A stretch of 64,000 bases of DNA from a bacterium (GTDB taxonomy: Bacteria > UBA8248 > JACPRG01 > G963555815), in NCBI GenBank assembly GCA_963555815.3, contig CAUVWX020000002.1, forward strand, positions 64,001-128,000. The letters are read 5' to 3'. The translations under genes and the position numbers were made by a program. Shown here one piece after another: positions 7,309 to 17,576 of this stretch. Every line of letters begins with the position of its first letter. Positions within the stretch are counted from its first letter, which is position 1. Below the pieces are notes generated by a model. The model ran no database searches. It was not told the origin of the DNA and worked only from the letters and a program-made list of their open reading frames with translations.

Positions 7309-9333
7309 GTGCTAAAAATGGAACCCTTTTTTAAATCAAGGTCTTCGACGCCGGGGAGTCCGCAGATGAGAGAAGAAGTTGGGCTTTCGCCTGGAAAGGC
7401 AGTCGGGGACCCTCAGCATCTCTCGGGCCCCCTTCGCGGCAAGCTGGATAGGGCCATCAAGAAGGCCCAGTCCTGGATCTTGGAGCGCCAGGACCCTCAA
7501 GAGGGTTTTTGGGTGGCGGAGCTTCAGGCCGACACCACCCTCACTTCCGATTACGTCATCCTGAAAAGCTTTCTGGAGGCCCTGGAGCCTCGCAGGCGGG
7601 AGAAGGCTGTCCGCCATCTGGAGATGACCCAGCTCCCCGATGGGGGCTGGAACATCTACCACGGTGGCCCCAGCGAGATCAACGCCACCGTGAAGGCCTA
7701 CTTTGCCTTGAAGCTGGGGGGGGTGGCGCAGGGCGCCCCCATCCTGGAGCGGGCGAGGGAGGCCGTCCTTCGGATGGGAGGCCTTGAGCGCGCCAACATC
7801 TTCACGAAGATGTACCTCGCTCTGCACGGTCAGTTCGAGTGGGAAGACATCCCCTCCATGCCCGTCGAGATGATGTTCCTGCCCACGTGGTTCTATCTCA
7901 ATATTTATGAGTTCTCCTATTGGACTCGGACCATCATCGTTCCTCTTTTCATTACAGCGGCCCTGAAGCCGATGAAACAGATTCTTCCCCCTGGAAGCCT
8001 GAAGGAGCTCTCTATTGGCCCGGCCAGCAAGCGGCGCTGGTTCAATAGTCAGGAATCCTCCGAGGGTTTCATTCGAACCCTCATCCTCAACGCCGATGGC
8101 GCCCTGAAGTTTGCAGAGGGCATACAGCTGTCAGGCCTTCGCCAGCGCGCCATCGAGAGGGCCAAGGATTGGATGATCGAGCATCATCGCATGACGGGTG
8201 GGCTGGGGGCCATCTTCCCCGCCATGGGCAACGCCATTGTTGCTATGAAGGCCCTTGGCTACGACCCCAACCGGGATCTCACCCTGGCCAAGGCCATCCG
8301 AGATTTTGATGCCCTGGTCATTGAGGAGGAGGATCACTTGCGGGTCCAGCCCTGCCACTCACCCGTGTGGGATACCGTCCTCACTTGCTATGCCCTCCTG
8401 GAGGCGGAACTCCCCGGGGGGCATCCCTCTCTCGTCCGGGCCGGTGAGTGGCTTCTCGAAAAGCAGACCAGACACCTGGGCGACTGGCAAGTCAAAAACG
8501 CCGGGGTGGAGCCTGGAGGTTGGTTCTTTCAGTTCGAAAACGAGTTTCACCCTGACAACGATGACACCGCGGTGGCTCTGCTTGCCCTGCGCCAGATGAA
8601 GCTGCCAGGCCAGGAGGCCCAGAAGGAGGCCATCCAGCGGGGGCTGAACTGGGTCCTGAGCATGCAGGGGAGCGATGGAGGCTGGGGGTCCTTTGAGCGC
8701 GACAACAGCAAGACCATTCTCAACAACATTCCTTATGCCGACCACGGCGCGGTCCTGGACCCTAGCACGAGCGACCTGACCGGTCGACTCCTCGAAATGA
8801 TGGGTCGTTTGGGCTTTGGGATGGATCACCCTCGGGTCCAACGGGCGATCCGCTTTCTGAAGAAAGAACAGGAGAAAGAGGGCTGCTGGTACGGCAGGTG
8901 GGGCGTGAATTATATCTACGGGACCCACCTCGTCCTTCAGGGCCTTGCCGCCGTGGGGGAGGACCTCTCGGCCCCCTACGTCCAGCGGGCCGTCCGCTGG
9001 TTCCTCGACCATCAGCTCGAGGATGGCGGCTGGGGGGAGACCTGCGGCACCTACTGGGACCCCTCGACGGCCGGCCAGGGTCCAAGCACCGCCTCCCAGA
9101 CCGCCTGGGCCATCCTGGGACTATGCGCTGTGGGTCTTGCCGACTCCCCGACCGTGCGGCGGGGCGTAGAGTTCCTCATGGAACGTCAGACAGACGAGGG
9201 GACCTGGCAGGAAGAGAATTTTACAGGCACCGGATTTCCCAAGGTCTTCTATCTGCGCTACCACTTCTACCGCCACTACTTTCCCCTGGCAGCCCTCGGC
9301 CGGTGGCGGCGTCTCGTCGCCAAGGCGCCTTGA
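7309..9333 (+). CDS. shc: Squalene-hopene cyclase
   Basis: DNDDTA (DXDD) motif, multiple QxxDGGW repeats, WYGRWGVNY and GTGFP motifs. True start may be ATG 7318 or 7366. Confidence 0.96.
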   Translation: MLKMEPFFKSRSSTPGSPQMREEVGLSPGKAVGDPQHLSGPLRGKLDRAIKKAQSWILERQDPQEGFWVAELQADTTLTSDYVILKSFLEALEPRRREKAVRHLEMTQLPDGGWNIYHGGPSEINATVKAYFALKLGGVAQGAPILERAREAVLRMGGLERANIFTKMYLALHGQFEWEDIPSMPVEMMFLPTWFYLNIYEFSYWTRTIIVPLFITAALKPMKQILPPGSLKELSIGPASKRRWFNSQESSEGFIRTLILNADGALKFAEGIQLSGLRQRAIERAKDWMIEHHRMTGGLGAIFPAMGNAIVAMKALGYDPNRDLTLAKAIRDFDALVIEEEDHLRVQPCHSPVWDTVLTCYALLEAELPGGHPSLVRAGEWLLEKQTRHLGDWQVKNAGVEPGGWFFQFENEFHPDNDDTAVALLALRQMKLPGQEAQKEAIQRGLNWVLSMQGSDGGWGSFERDNSKTILNNIPYADHGAVLDPSTSDLTGRLLEMMGRLGFGMDHPRVQRAIRFLKKEQEKEGCWYGRWGVNYIYGTHLVLQGLAAVGEDLSAPYVQRAVRWFLDHQLEDGGWGETCGTYWDPSTAGQGPSTASQTAWAILGLCAVGLADSPTVRRGVEFLMERQTDEGTWQEENFTGTGFPKVFYLRYHFYRHYFPLAALGRWRRLVAKAP

Positions 9334-9367
9334 AGCGTCGGGTCTTTCCCTGACATGGGTTGAAAAA

Positions 9368-10144
9368 ATGCCGTCGAGAGGAAGTGTAGGGATCCTCTGC
9401 GCGTTGAGACCTGAGATCTCGGGTCTTCTTCGAACGGCCCAGACCGAGAACCTGAGGCGAGGAGCCCTTTGGAGGGGAGACCTGGAGGGGGTACCCCTTT
9501 TTTTTTGTCGGGGCGGGGTGGGGCTCAAGCGGGCCGCGGCAGGGGCACGGACTCTCATTGAGGAAGCGGCCCGAACAGGGGGTGGTGACCCCGGGTTGTC
9601 GACTCTCCTTTGTGTTGGGGCGGCTGGCGGGCTGGACCCTCGTCTGCGGCCGGGGGACATCGTGGTGGCCAAGGAGGTCTTAGGACCAAAAGAGGATCGC
9701 CCTTTGGGAGCCCCTCCCTTTTTAGTTCGCCTCGCCCAAGAAGCCGCCCGGGCGAATGGCCTCTCCCTGCGTGAGGGGAGGCTCTTGAGCGTGCCTCAGC
9801 CCCTTGTTGGCCCGAAGGAGAAAGCCCGGTCTTTCTCGGCGTATCGGGCCCTTGCCGTGGATATGGAAAGCCTGGGGGCGGCAAGGGTCGCCCGGGAGAT
9901 CGGGGTGCCTTTTCTTGCCCTTCGGGTCATCGCTGACGACGCCAGGATGACTCTGCCGATGCCGTCAGGTCTTTCGCCCCACCGCCTTGTGATAGAAGGT
10001 GCTCGTTTCGTCGCCAAGGTTCCCCGGTTTCGCCGAGCCCTCCTGAATCTCAATCGTTTCCTCGCGGCGTTCATCGTCCAGTTAGGTCTCTCCCCTGAAT
10101 GGGTTCGTAGACCCGATGAGGAGGTTCCCTCGGTCCAGCCATGA
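9368..10144 (+). CDS. Nucleoside phosphorylase superfamily protein (HpnG-like)
   Basis: GAAGGLDP, AVDMES and LRVIAD motifs; directly downstream of shc. Confidence 0.8.
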   Translation: MPSRGSVGILCALRPEISGLLRTAQTENLRRGALWRGDLEGVPLFFCRGGVGLKRAAAGARTLIEEAARTGGGDPGLSTLLCVGAAGGLDPRLRPGDIVVAKEVLGPKEDRPLGAPPFLVRLAQEAARANGLSLREGRLLSVPQPLVGPKEKARSFSAYRALAVDMESLGAARVAREIGVPFLALRVIADDARMTLPMPSGLSPHRLVIEGARFVAKVPRFRRALLNLNRFLAAFIVQLGLSPEWVRRPDEEVPSVQP

Positions 10145-12372
10145 ACCAGAGAAATTCCTCTACAAGGGGCAGACCTACTAGAGAGCCAATACGCATCACT
10201 CGTCGGGCCACCTTGGGCCGGGCCGTAGTGCACGGGATCCTTCTTGGACTTTTTCTGGGGGCCCTGGAACCCTATCTGGTACTCTATCTCACCTTCTTTG
10301 AAGCCGATCTCGCCACGCGCATGAGCGCCCTGCATCTCATTGCAGTCTCTCTCATCCTGAACACGGCCGTCTCCATCTCCGTGGCGGTGCTGGCGGCTTT
10401 TCTTTACCGTCTCTGGAGCCTTTGGAGAAAGAAGATCCCCACGGGAAGGGGAACGGTGGCCGCTTGCTGGGCAGCCTTCGCCGTCCTCTTCTTGGGGCTC
10501 CTCTTCTCCGGCTACCTCAACTCTCAATTTCTCACTGAGCGTAGGACAGGGCTGAACTTGGCGTTGAACGGATTTTTTGTTTTGGCGGCTATTGCTTTTG
10601 CCGTGGTATTCCATCACTGGCTCGTGAGGCGGCGCGTCCATCTGATCAGCTGGGGCAGTGGTCTGGCGGCGGCCAGCCTTGTCGTCTCTCTGGGCCTTAT
10701 CCCTGTCCTCTTTGGGTCCGAGGCCAAGCCCTTCAGGGGGCAGTCGTGGCGAAAGATGGACCCGTCGCTCGCCCGGGCGCCAAACATCATCGTGATCCTG
10801 CTGGACACCCTGCGGGCGGACCACCTCTCAGTCCATGGGTATGAGCGTCCCACATCCCCCGAGCTTGAGCGCATCGCCAGGGAGGGTGTCCTCTTCGAAA
10901 ACGCTTTCGCCCACTCCAACTGGACGCCCCCTTCCATAACGACTCTTCTGACCTCTCTCTATGAGTCGGTGCACGGCGTGGACCAGGTGGACAGCATTGT
11001 CCCTGACTCCATCACCACCCTTGCTGAAGCCCTTGGGCAGGCCGGTTACACCTCGGCATTCTTGTCCGCCAACAACCTGGTCCAAAAGCCTACCAACTAC
11101 ACCCAAGGTTTTGACTACATCTACCATGTCTTCTCAGATGGCTACCAGGCGGTCAGGGGACGAAATCGCCTTCCCCCCTTTCAACTCTATGCCTGGCGAG
11201 TTGCCGAAAGGCTCATCCCAGGGGCCTTAGAAACCTTGGACACGGTCAACGTCTTTTTCGAGCACCTCTTCAACGAGGTGGGAGTGGACAAGAGAAATGG
11301 CCGGGAAGTGGAAGGACAGTGGCCCTCGATTGCCATCAAGCCCGAGGCGGGTTTGGCACGGGGGGCCAAGGCGGACTGGATATATGAACACGTCCGGGCC
11401 TATCTCTCCTACATGACGGCGAAGTCCGGTTACGACTCCAAGCAGAACAAATTCTTCCTTTATCTACACTACTTCGAGCCCCATTCCCCCTATCGGGCGC
11501 CTCGACATTACAAACACCTATATGACCCGGAGTTCAAGGGGCACTACGTGGAAGGCCCCAATGGCAAGCAGGTGTGTGAATACGTCGAAGGACCTCTCGC
11601 ACAAAGTGAATGCTTCGTCGAGAAGCCTCCCAGTAAAGGTCAGCCTGTCCTCGGCGAACGGGAGCAGCGCAACCTGGTGGCCCAATATGACGGCGAGATC
11701 ACGTTTCTCGACCTCTACCTTGGAAAGCTGGTGGACTTCCTCAAAGAAGAAGATCTCTTCGATGACACTCTCATCGTGATCACTGCGGATCACGGTGAAG
11801 CTTTTTGGGAACACGGGTACTACGCACACGGCGTGGACGTATTTCAGGAGGAGGTCCATATCCCCCTGATCGTCACCTGGCCCAAAGGGCTTCCCGGTGG
11901 CATCCGAAAACCGGACCCCGTGGGGCTGGTGGACATCATGCCGACCCTTCTCGAGGCGGCGGGCCTGCCGCCCGTCCTGGGCATGCAGGGACGATCCTTC
12001 CTAAACGTCCTGCGAGGAGAGGGCCAGCGCCGGGAACTTTACGGCGAGACCGGCTTTGATGACGTAAGGGTCTTCCTTGTTCGGGACCGCCTTAAGCTCA
12101 TCTATCACCTGGGCGACCCTCTCGAAGCCATCTTCTCCCCCCGCCCGGTGAAAAAACTTTTATTTAATCTGGAAGATGATCCCACTGAGCAGTCGAACCT
12201 CCTGTCCAATCACACCGAGACCGTCGGAATAAAGGCGGTGGAATCGCTTCAGACCGATCTTGCGAGGTGGCACGCGCTCGTCCGGGAGGCCAGCGGGACC
12301 CACGAGCCCAAAGAGGCTGAATTGCCAAAAGAGGTCGAGGAACGCCTCAAGGCCCTCGGTTATTTGGAGTAG
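10141..12372 (+). CDS. Membrane-anchored sulfatase-like / alkaline phosphatase superfamily protein
   Basis: About 5 N-terminal TM helices, then PNIIVILLDTLRADH, SNWTPPS, TADHGE and C-terminal LKALGY; ATGA overlap with the previous gene. Confidence 0.88.
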   Translation: MNQRNSSTRGRPTREPIRITRRATLGRAVVHGILLGLFLGALEPYLVLYLTFFEADLATRMSALHLIAVSLILNTAVSISVAVLAAFLYRLWSLWRKKIPTGRGTVAACWAAFAVLFLGLLFSGYLNSQFLTERRTGLNLALNGFFVLAAIAFAVVFHHWLVRRRVHLISWGSGLAAASLVVSLGLIPVLFGSEAKPFRGQSWRKMDPSLARAPNIIVILLDTLRADHLSVHGYERPTSPELERIAREGVLFENAFAHSNWTPPSITTLLTSLYESVHGVDQVDSIVPDSITTLAEALGQAGYTSAFLSANNLVQKPTNYTQGFDYIYHVFSDGYQAVRGRNRLPPFQLYAWRVAERLIPGALETLDTVNVFFEHLFNEVGVDKRNGREVEGQWPSIAIKPEAGLARGAKADWIYEHVRAYLSYMTAKSGYDSKQNKFFLYLHYFEPHSPYRAPRHYKHLYDPEFKGHYVEGPNGKQVCEYVEGPLAQSECFVEKPPSKGQPVLGEREQRNLVAQYDGEITFLDLYLGKLVDFLKEEDLFDDTLIVITADHGEAFWEHGYYAHGVDVFQEEVHIPLIVTWPKGLPGGIRKPDPVGLVDIMPTLLEAAGLPPVLGMQGRSFLNVLRGEGQRRELYGETGFDDVRVFLVRDRLKLIYHLGDPLEAIFSPRPVKKLLFNLEDDPTEQSNLLSNHTETVGIKAVESLQTDLARWHALVREASGTHEPKEAELPKEVEERLKALGYLE

Positions 12373-12588
12373 TTCCCCCCTTCGTCTCTCTGCATCACGT
12401 CGAAGTCGGACGGGAAGTGCCGTAGGGATGAAGAGAAAAAGGCTTCTTGCACCTTTCCCTGGGGAAGGCCTATAGTGAATTGTTTTTTTGCTCAGGTTTG
12501 GAGGCGGAGGTGACCTGGGATTGGTTTGCCCGTCAGTTTGCGGGAGTTTTTTTTGACTCGAAATGCTGAGGGGGAGCTGAGGGATTAG

Positions 12589-13824
12589 ATGAAACGGATC
12601 AGCGGATGGATCGAGGGTTTTTTCGTCTCGGTCTTGATCCTCCTTCTTTGGGTTTCGCCGGGACTCTCACAGCTGCCTTTGCCTGACACCTCTCTTGGCC
12701 CTCGGACCCGGCCCCTTTTTCTGCCCCTTCCGGCCTTCGGGAGTTCCCCCAGTAAGGGGAACGACTTTGGCATCCTGCCGGTGTGGCTTTTCTTTGATTC
12801 TGAGGGGAAGATCAACAATATCTTGGCCCCTTCGGCCATCTTCAACGACGAGACGGGCCTGAAGGGGGCCTTCCGCTGGATTGGCTTTCTCCCTGACTCT
12901 GCCAAGTTCCGCCTCATCGCCGTTCGCTCCACCAACGTGGACGAGGACTACGTAGCGGAGCTGGAGGCCCCTCGCCTCTTTGGGGAACGCTTCGCCTTCT
13001 TTGGCGAGTTACGCTACTTTCGGGACCCCACCTTCCAATTCTTCGGCCTTGGCCCCGAGACCAGGGAGACGGACGAGACGGGTTTTACCCAGCGGGAGCT
13101 GCGCGCGAGCCTCAGCTTCGGGGTGAATTTCCTCTCCGCCTTCAGGATCACCTATGACGAACGGACTCGTTTCGTGACCATTAAGGGTGGAGGCCGGACC
13201 ACGGAGGCCTTCATAGCGGAGAGCTTTCCTGGGACCCCGGGTGTGGGGGAAGACATCCTCACCTCGACCCGAGGGTTCACCCTGAGCTTTGACACCCGAG
13301 ACTTCATCGACCTTCCGACCCGGGGCTTTTTCGGAAAGGCCGCCATTGAGGTTTCTTCAGAGGCCTGGGGGAGTGAAGAGTCGTATACACGTTTTACCCT
13401 GGAGGGCCGTGCCTTTGTCCCCTGGCCGGACGATCGATGGATCACCTCCCTTCGCCTTACCTCGAGCTTCGTGGACAACCAAAGTGCCCCTTTCTATGAG
13501 CAGAGCTCCTTGGGGGGAAAAGACTTTCGGGCTTTTCCAGACGATCGTTTCATCGATAAAGGAAGCATTCTCCTGAATCTAGAAGAGCGATATCGCCTCT
13601 TTCGCAAGTCGATCTTCCAGGTGGACACGGACATCGAGGTGGCCCCCTTCATCGAGCTGGGCCAGGTCTTTGAGGATTCCGACGAGATCGCCACCGAGCA
13701 TGTCCGGCTCGCCTTCGGGATCGGATTGCGGGCCGTCGTCCGCCCCAACGTGGTGGGAAAGGTGGATGTGGGGTACGGCGAGGAGGGGGCTCGTCTCTTC
13801 GTAGGTCTGGGCTATCCCTTCTAA
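12589..13824 (+). CDS. BamA/TamA (Omp85) family outer membrane barrel without POTRA domains
   Basis: Signal peptide, DTRD, LGG..FRAF...RF, amphipathic strands and terminal GLGYPF. Confidence 0.8.
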   Translation: MKRISGWIEGFFVSVLILLLWVSPGLSQLPLPDTSLGPRTRPLFLPLPAFGSSPSKGNDFGILPVWLFFDSEGKINNILAPSAIFNDETGLKGAFRWIGFLPDSAKFRLIAVRSTNVDEDYVAELEAPRLFGERFAFFGELRYFRDPTFQFFGLGPETRETDETGFTQRELRASLSFGVNFLSAFRITYDERTRFVTIKGGGRTTEAFIAESFPGTPGVGEDILTSTRGFTLSFDTRDFIDLPTRGFFGKAAIEVSSEAWGSEESYTRFTLEGRAFVPWPDDRWITSLRLTSSFVDNQSAPFYEQSSLGGKDFRAFPDDRFIDKGSILLNLEERYRLFRKSIFQVDTDIEVAPFIELGQVFEDSDEIATEHVRLAFGIGLRAVVRPNVVGKVDVGYGEEGARLFVGLGYPF

Positions 13825-13948
13825 TTAAAACCCCCATCTCCACGGATTCCAATCCTGTAGAGGCTCTTCTGCCCTTCGGTTGATGTAGGGTGTATATTTC
13901 TCTGCACGGGGTATTTTTTTGCCGAGCGGATGTCCGAGGGAAGGGCCG

Positions 13949-14932
13949 ATGGTTGACTTTGGTCCCGTCTTAGACCGGTTCGCCAGTGCACGGGTCATGG
14001 TGGTCGGGGACCTGATGGCGGACAAATATGTCTGGGCCGACGGCCAAGGGTCCATACGGGGCGCGACGGAGGTCTTGAAGGTAAAGCGGGAGAATTACGC
14101 CCTGGGTGGGGCGGCCAACGTCGCCAACAACCTTCGAGCCATGGGGTCTGAGGTCTTCCTTTGCGGTATTGTTGGTTACGACGACGCCGCCCACTGGTTT
14201 CGCAGGGGCTGCCACGAGGCAGGGATTGATACCAGCGGCATCTTCCCCGTTAACGATCGGCCAACGACCCTGAAGATCCGGATCATGACGGGGGACCGAC
14301 CTGCTCCCCTCTTTCGCGTCGATTATGAGCGGGCCGACGCGGCTGACGCCTCGGAGCAGGCCTCGATGCTAACCTACGTGGAGCACTATCTGCCCATGGT
14401 GGACGCCCTCATCCTGTCCGACTATGACAGGGGAATCTTCGCCTCGGCGGACTTTACCCTTGGCCTAATGGAGCGAGCCTCCCATCACCAGAAGATTACC
14501 GTCATCGAGCCGAAAGGTCCGCGGCTCGACTTCTGCAAGGGGGCTCATCTGGTCATCCTGGGCGACATCGAGGCTGAGGATTTTTGCCTGCGCGCCTTTC
14601 AACCGGCCCCCGCGAACTGGGAGGCCCTTGGCGGCCGCTTGAGAGAAACCCTGGGCTGTGAGGCCTTGGCGGTCCTTCGCTCGGAGGAGGAACTTTGGTA
14701 CCACTACCGGGAAGGGGAAACGGGTCGCCATGTCGTCGAGACTGTCGATCGCCGGATGGTGCGGGACGCAACGGGCGTGAAGGATACCATCACGAGCGCC
14801 CTCGCTTTGAGCCTCATCGCTGGGGTCGATCCTCCAGCGGCGGCCCGCCTCGCCCTGAAGGTGGCAGAGAAAGTAGTCAGCAGGATCGGAACCGCCACCG
14901 TTTCTCTGGCGGAACTCAGGCGGACGCTCTGA
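13949..14932 (+). CDS. PfkB-family kinase, HldE/RfaE domain I-like (divergent)
   Basis: VVGDLM, GGAANVANNL, RPTTLKIR and LSDYDRG motifs; DATGVKDT replaces DVTGAGDT. Confidence 0.82.
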   Translation: MVDFGPVLDRFASARVMVVGDLMADKYVWADGQGSIRGATEVLKVKRENYALGGAANVANNLRAMGSEVFLCGIVGYDDAAHWFRRGCHEAGIDTSGIFPVNDRPTTLKIRIMTGDRPAPLFRVDYERADAADASEQASMLTYVEHYLPMVDALILSDYDRGIFASADFTLGLMERASHHQKITVIEPKGPRLDFCKGAHLVILGDIEAEDFCLRAFQPAPANWEALGGRLRETLGCEALAVLRSEEELWYHYREGETGRHVVETVDRRMVRDATGVKDTITSALALSLIAGVDPPAAARLALKVAEKVVSRIGTATVSLAELRRTL

Positions 14933-15030
14933 GCGGCGGAACTTCCCCGATGAACCCTCTGACGTGAAGGCGATCCCCGGGATGGGAGCCCTTCCTTTAT
15001 GCGATCTTCCTTTGGGGTGCCCGACTGCCT

Positions 15031-15930
15031 ATGAAACCCAGTGAAGAGACCCTGAGATCTCTGGAAGCCCATGCCGTTGAGATGGCCCGGGGGGCAGGAG
15101 ATCTCTTGGCCGCCCGTTTCGGCAAAGACCTCAAGGTGGAATTCAAGGACCGAAAGAAAAAGAGGGACCCCTTAACAGACGCTGATCAGGAGAGTCAGGC
15201 CTATCTTCGGAGGGCCATTGAGAAGAATTTTTCTGGACATGGGATTTTGGGCGAGGAGGCCCTTGAGGTTCAGGGAAAAGACGGTGAGTTCCTTTGGGTA
15301 GTGGACCCTTTAGACGGGACGACCAACTTTCTTCGAAGGCTTCCGATCTACGGGGTCTCGGTGGGCGTCCTTCACGCGGGCCAGCCCGTTGTGGCCGCCA
15401 TCTCCCTTCCCGGCCAAGGGGGCCGACCGACCGAGGTCTTTCACGCCCGGGCGGCTGGGGGGGCCTTTTTAGACGGCCGCCCCATCCATGTGAATGAGAT
15501 CAAGCGACCGGCCCCTACGCAGCTCGTCTGTCTTCCAGGCCGCTACGGCTCCATGTTCCGATTTGTCGGAGACCTTAGGAGGCATCCGGGCGAGGTCCGA
15601 GGGACAGGCAGCATCGCCTTTGAACTCGTACACGCGGCCCTGGGGACCTTCCAGTACGCCCTCTTTGTTAGTCCCAAGATATGGGATGTGGCGGCAGGTG
15701 TCCTTCTGGTCAAGGAGGCGGGCGGAGAGGCCCTCATGCGTCGCAAGGCGGGAACAGCCTGGCGTCCTCTTGAGCGCTTCGGGCCAGATGATCCCACAGC
15801 CCCCCGGACTCTAGATGGGCTGCGTAACTGGCGAGCCTCCTTGATCGTGGGAAACCGGGACGTGGTGCGTTTCGTCACGGCCCATATCCGTCGTCCCTTT
15901 CGCTTGAGAATCCCCCGCTCCCGTCGATAG
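15031..15930 (+). CDS. Inositol monophosphatase family protein
   Basis: LGEE, WVVDPLDGTTNF and WDVAAG motifs. Confidence 0.92.
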   Translation: MKPSEETLRSLEAHAVEMARGAGDLLAARFGKDLKVEFKDRKKKRDPLTDADQESQAYLRRAIEKNFSGHGILGEEALEVQGKDGEFLWVVDPLDGTTNFLRRLPIYGVSVGVLHAGQPVVAAISLPGQGGRPTEVFHARAAGGAFLDGRPIHVNEIKRPAPTQLVCLPGRYGSMFRFVGDLRRHPGEVRGTGSIAFELVHAALGTFQYALFVSPKIWDVAAGVLLVKEAGGEALMRRKAGTAWRPLERFGPDDPTAPRTLDGLRNWRASLIVGNRDVVRFVTAHIRRPFRLRIPRSRR

Positions 15931-15985
15931 TCAACGTCAAACCCGCTCTCTTCTGCTGCACAACCCGGCGAGGGCCTCCAGAGGC

Positions 15986-16752
15986 TCAGTAGAGGGGCCA
16001 AGGGGTGGCGTGGTGTGTCGGGGGAAGGGGATAGAGGGGAGAGGCCAAGAGGCGGTCCAGTCGCTCCCCGAGGGCATTCACCTCGCTTCCTTCAAGAAGG
16101 GCCAAAAGGGCCCGGCGAAGGTTGCTCTCCTCGTCCAGTCGTCTTCGGAAGACCTTTAAGTCGGAAAGAAGACCTCCCGGTATGGGCTGGCCTCGGAAGT
16201 CCCAGAGGATGGTCCTGAGCTTTGGTTCAGTGTGGAAGGTGAGGCCATGGTCAATGGCCCACACCCGCGCGTCCTGTGCCCGAAAACAGTGGCCCGCCTT
16301 TCTGTCCGCATTATTGACAAGGACATCGAAGAGGGCGATCTGGCGCAGGGCCTCACCGTGCTCGCGCTGAAGAGCGGCGTAGTCGCACTCGGAATCTGGT
16401 GCGATGTAGAGCTGGAGTGAGCCCACACCGTGGGGGCCCGGGCGGATCACGGTCGGCGGAACCAGGTGCCAGCCCAGGGTCTCGCTGACGAGGAAGGCGG
16501 CGAGCTCCCGCTTGTAGAGGGTTCCTGCCGGAAAATCCCAAAGGGTATCTCCCCCTCTTCTGGCTTGTAGATGGCGAGAAGAGACAGACCGTCCCCCGCT
16601 ATCAAAGAGACGGCGAAGGTGTAATTGGACGCCCAGGGGACGAGCTGGAGGTCGCCCATCTGACCTTCCTGGAGGAGGTCTAGGGCCTCAGTGAGCGAGC
16701 AGGTCAGGCTGCTATCGGCAGAGTGCTCCTTTTTCTTTCGTGGCTGTTTCAA
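15986..16752 (-). pseudogene. SCO1664-family (PI3/PI4-kinase-like) protein, one frameshift near 16543
   Basis: SNYTF..YKPEEGEIP in one frame continues as LWDFPAGTLYKRELAA..VPPTVIR..NNADRKAGH..IDHG in another; a single missing base restores the gene. Confidence 0.85.
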
Positions 16753-16839
16753 TCCAAATGGTCTCTGAGAATAGATGAGGATCTCTTTGAGAACCGCGAG
16801 ACACCCAGTCTTTCACGTTTCTGGCTGTGTGGTTCCCTT

Positions 16840-17400
16840 TCAGGATCCTTTGCCCGCTTCCTGGGCCAGGGTTTGGCCATTTGAACGGGGACAGAAGTGG
16901 CCTTGGGAGTCAATGGGGTTTTGACAGAGGGGACATATCGGACGACCTGACGCACACACCGTCAAAGCCTCCTCAGCCAGCACCGCCAATTGTGCCCGAC
17001 GAGCCTGAAAACTCAAGGTGGGAAGGATCTCAAGGCCCTCTTCTTCCGACTCTTCTTGCTCCTCGGGGATGACATCGGTGTCGTGAACGAAGAAGATGAA
17101 TCGGCCTCTTTCCTCGTCATGGTCCATCCCGAGACGGCCGATCTTAAACTCGAGGGTCTGATACTCGGGGGGATCAGCAAAAGCCTCCAGCTCGGCCTCC
17201 GCGTCCTTTTTGAAGGGAGTTGTCCTCAGGATTCTACGGATGGCGAGGGCGAGGCCGTAGAGCTGTTCCTTCTCGATCCAAAGACAGGCGCCCCCCTTTC
17301 GGGCATCTACGAGGAGGCGAAAAGTCCGCCTCCCCGATGTGCCGATGGCCTCGGCCTTGAAGGCGTTAACGTCGCCAAGCTTATGGTGACTTTCTTCCAT
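16840..17400 (-). CDS. DUF3090 family protein
   Basis: AIG..GRRTFRL, EKEQL and C-terminal GRPICPLC..P....GHFCPRSNG; upstream of the SCO1664 gene, the usual pairing. Confidence 0.85.
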   Translation of the reverse strand: MEESHHKLGDVNAFKAEAIGTSGRRTFRLLVDARKGGACLWIEKEQLYGLALAIRRILRTTPFKKDAEAELEAFADPPEYQTLEFKIGRLGMDHDEERGRFIFFVHDTDVIPEEQEESEEEGLEILPTLSFQARRAQLAVLAEEALTVCASGRPICPLCQNPIDSQGHFCPRSNGQTLAQEAGKGS

Positions 17401-17576
17401 GAAAAATGACCCTCTTATGCAAGTCTATGCTTTATAGCGCAGGATGTGAACATTGTAAATCCTGGGCGTCTGTTTGAAAGTCTTCCCAATCTCACGTTCA
17501 GAGGGTATCCTCTTCGGCGAGATTTTCTGCCGGGGCCGGGCGCAGAGACCGCTCCGGGACCTGGAGAAAGGGAGGT

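Noticed and set aside
14933..15030. Possible riboswitch between the kinase and IMPase genes
   Set aside because: Only weak hairpins and no recognisable aptamer consensus.
16535..16550. Programmed -1 frameshift at CCCTTTG in the SCO1664 gene
   Set aside because: The heptamer is not in the X_XXY_YYZ phase, and many similar indels nearby make error or mutation more likely.
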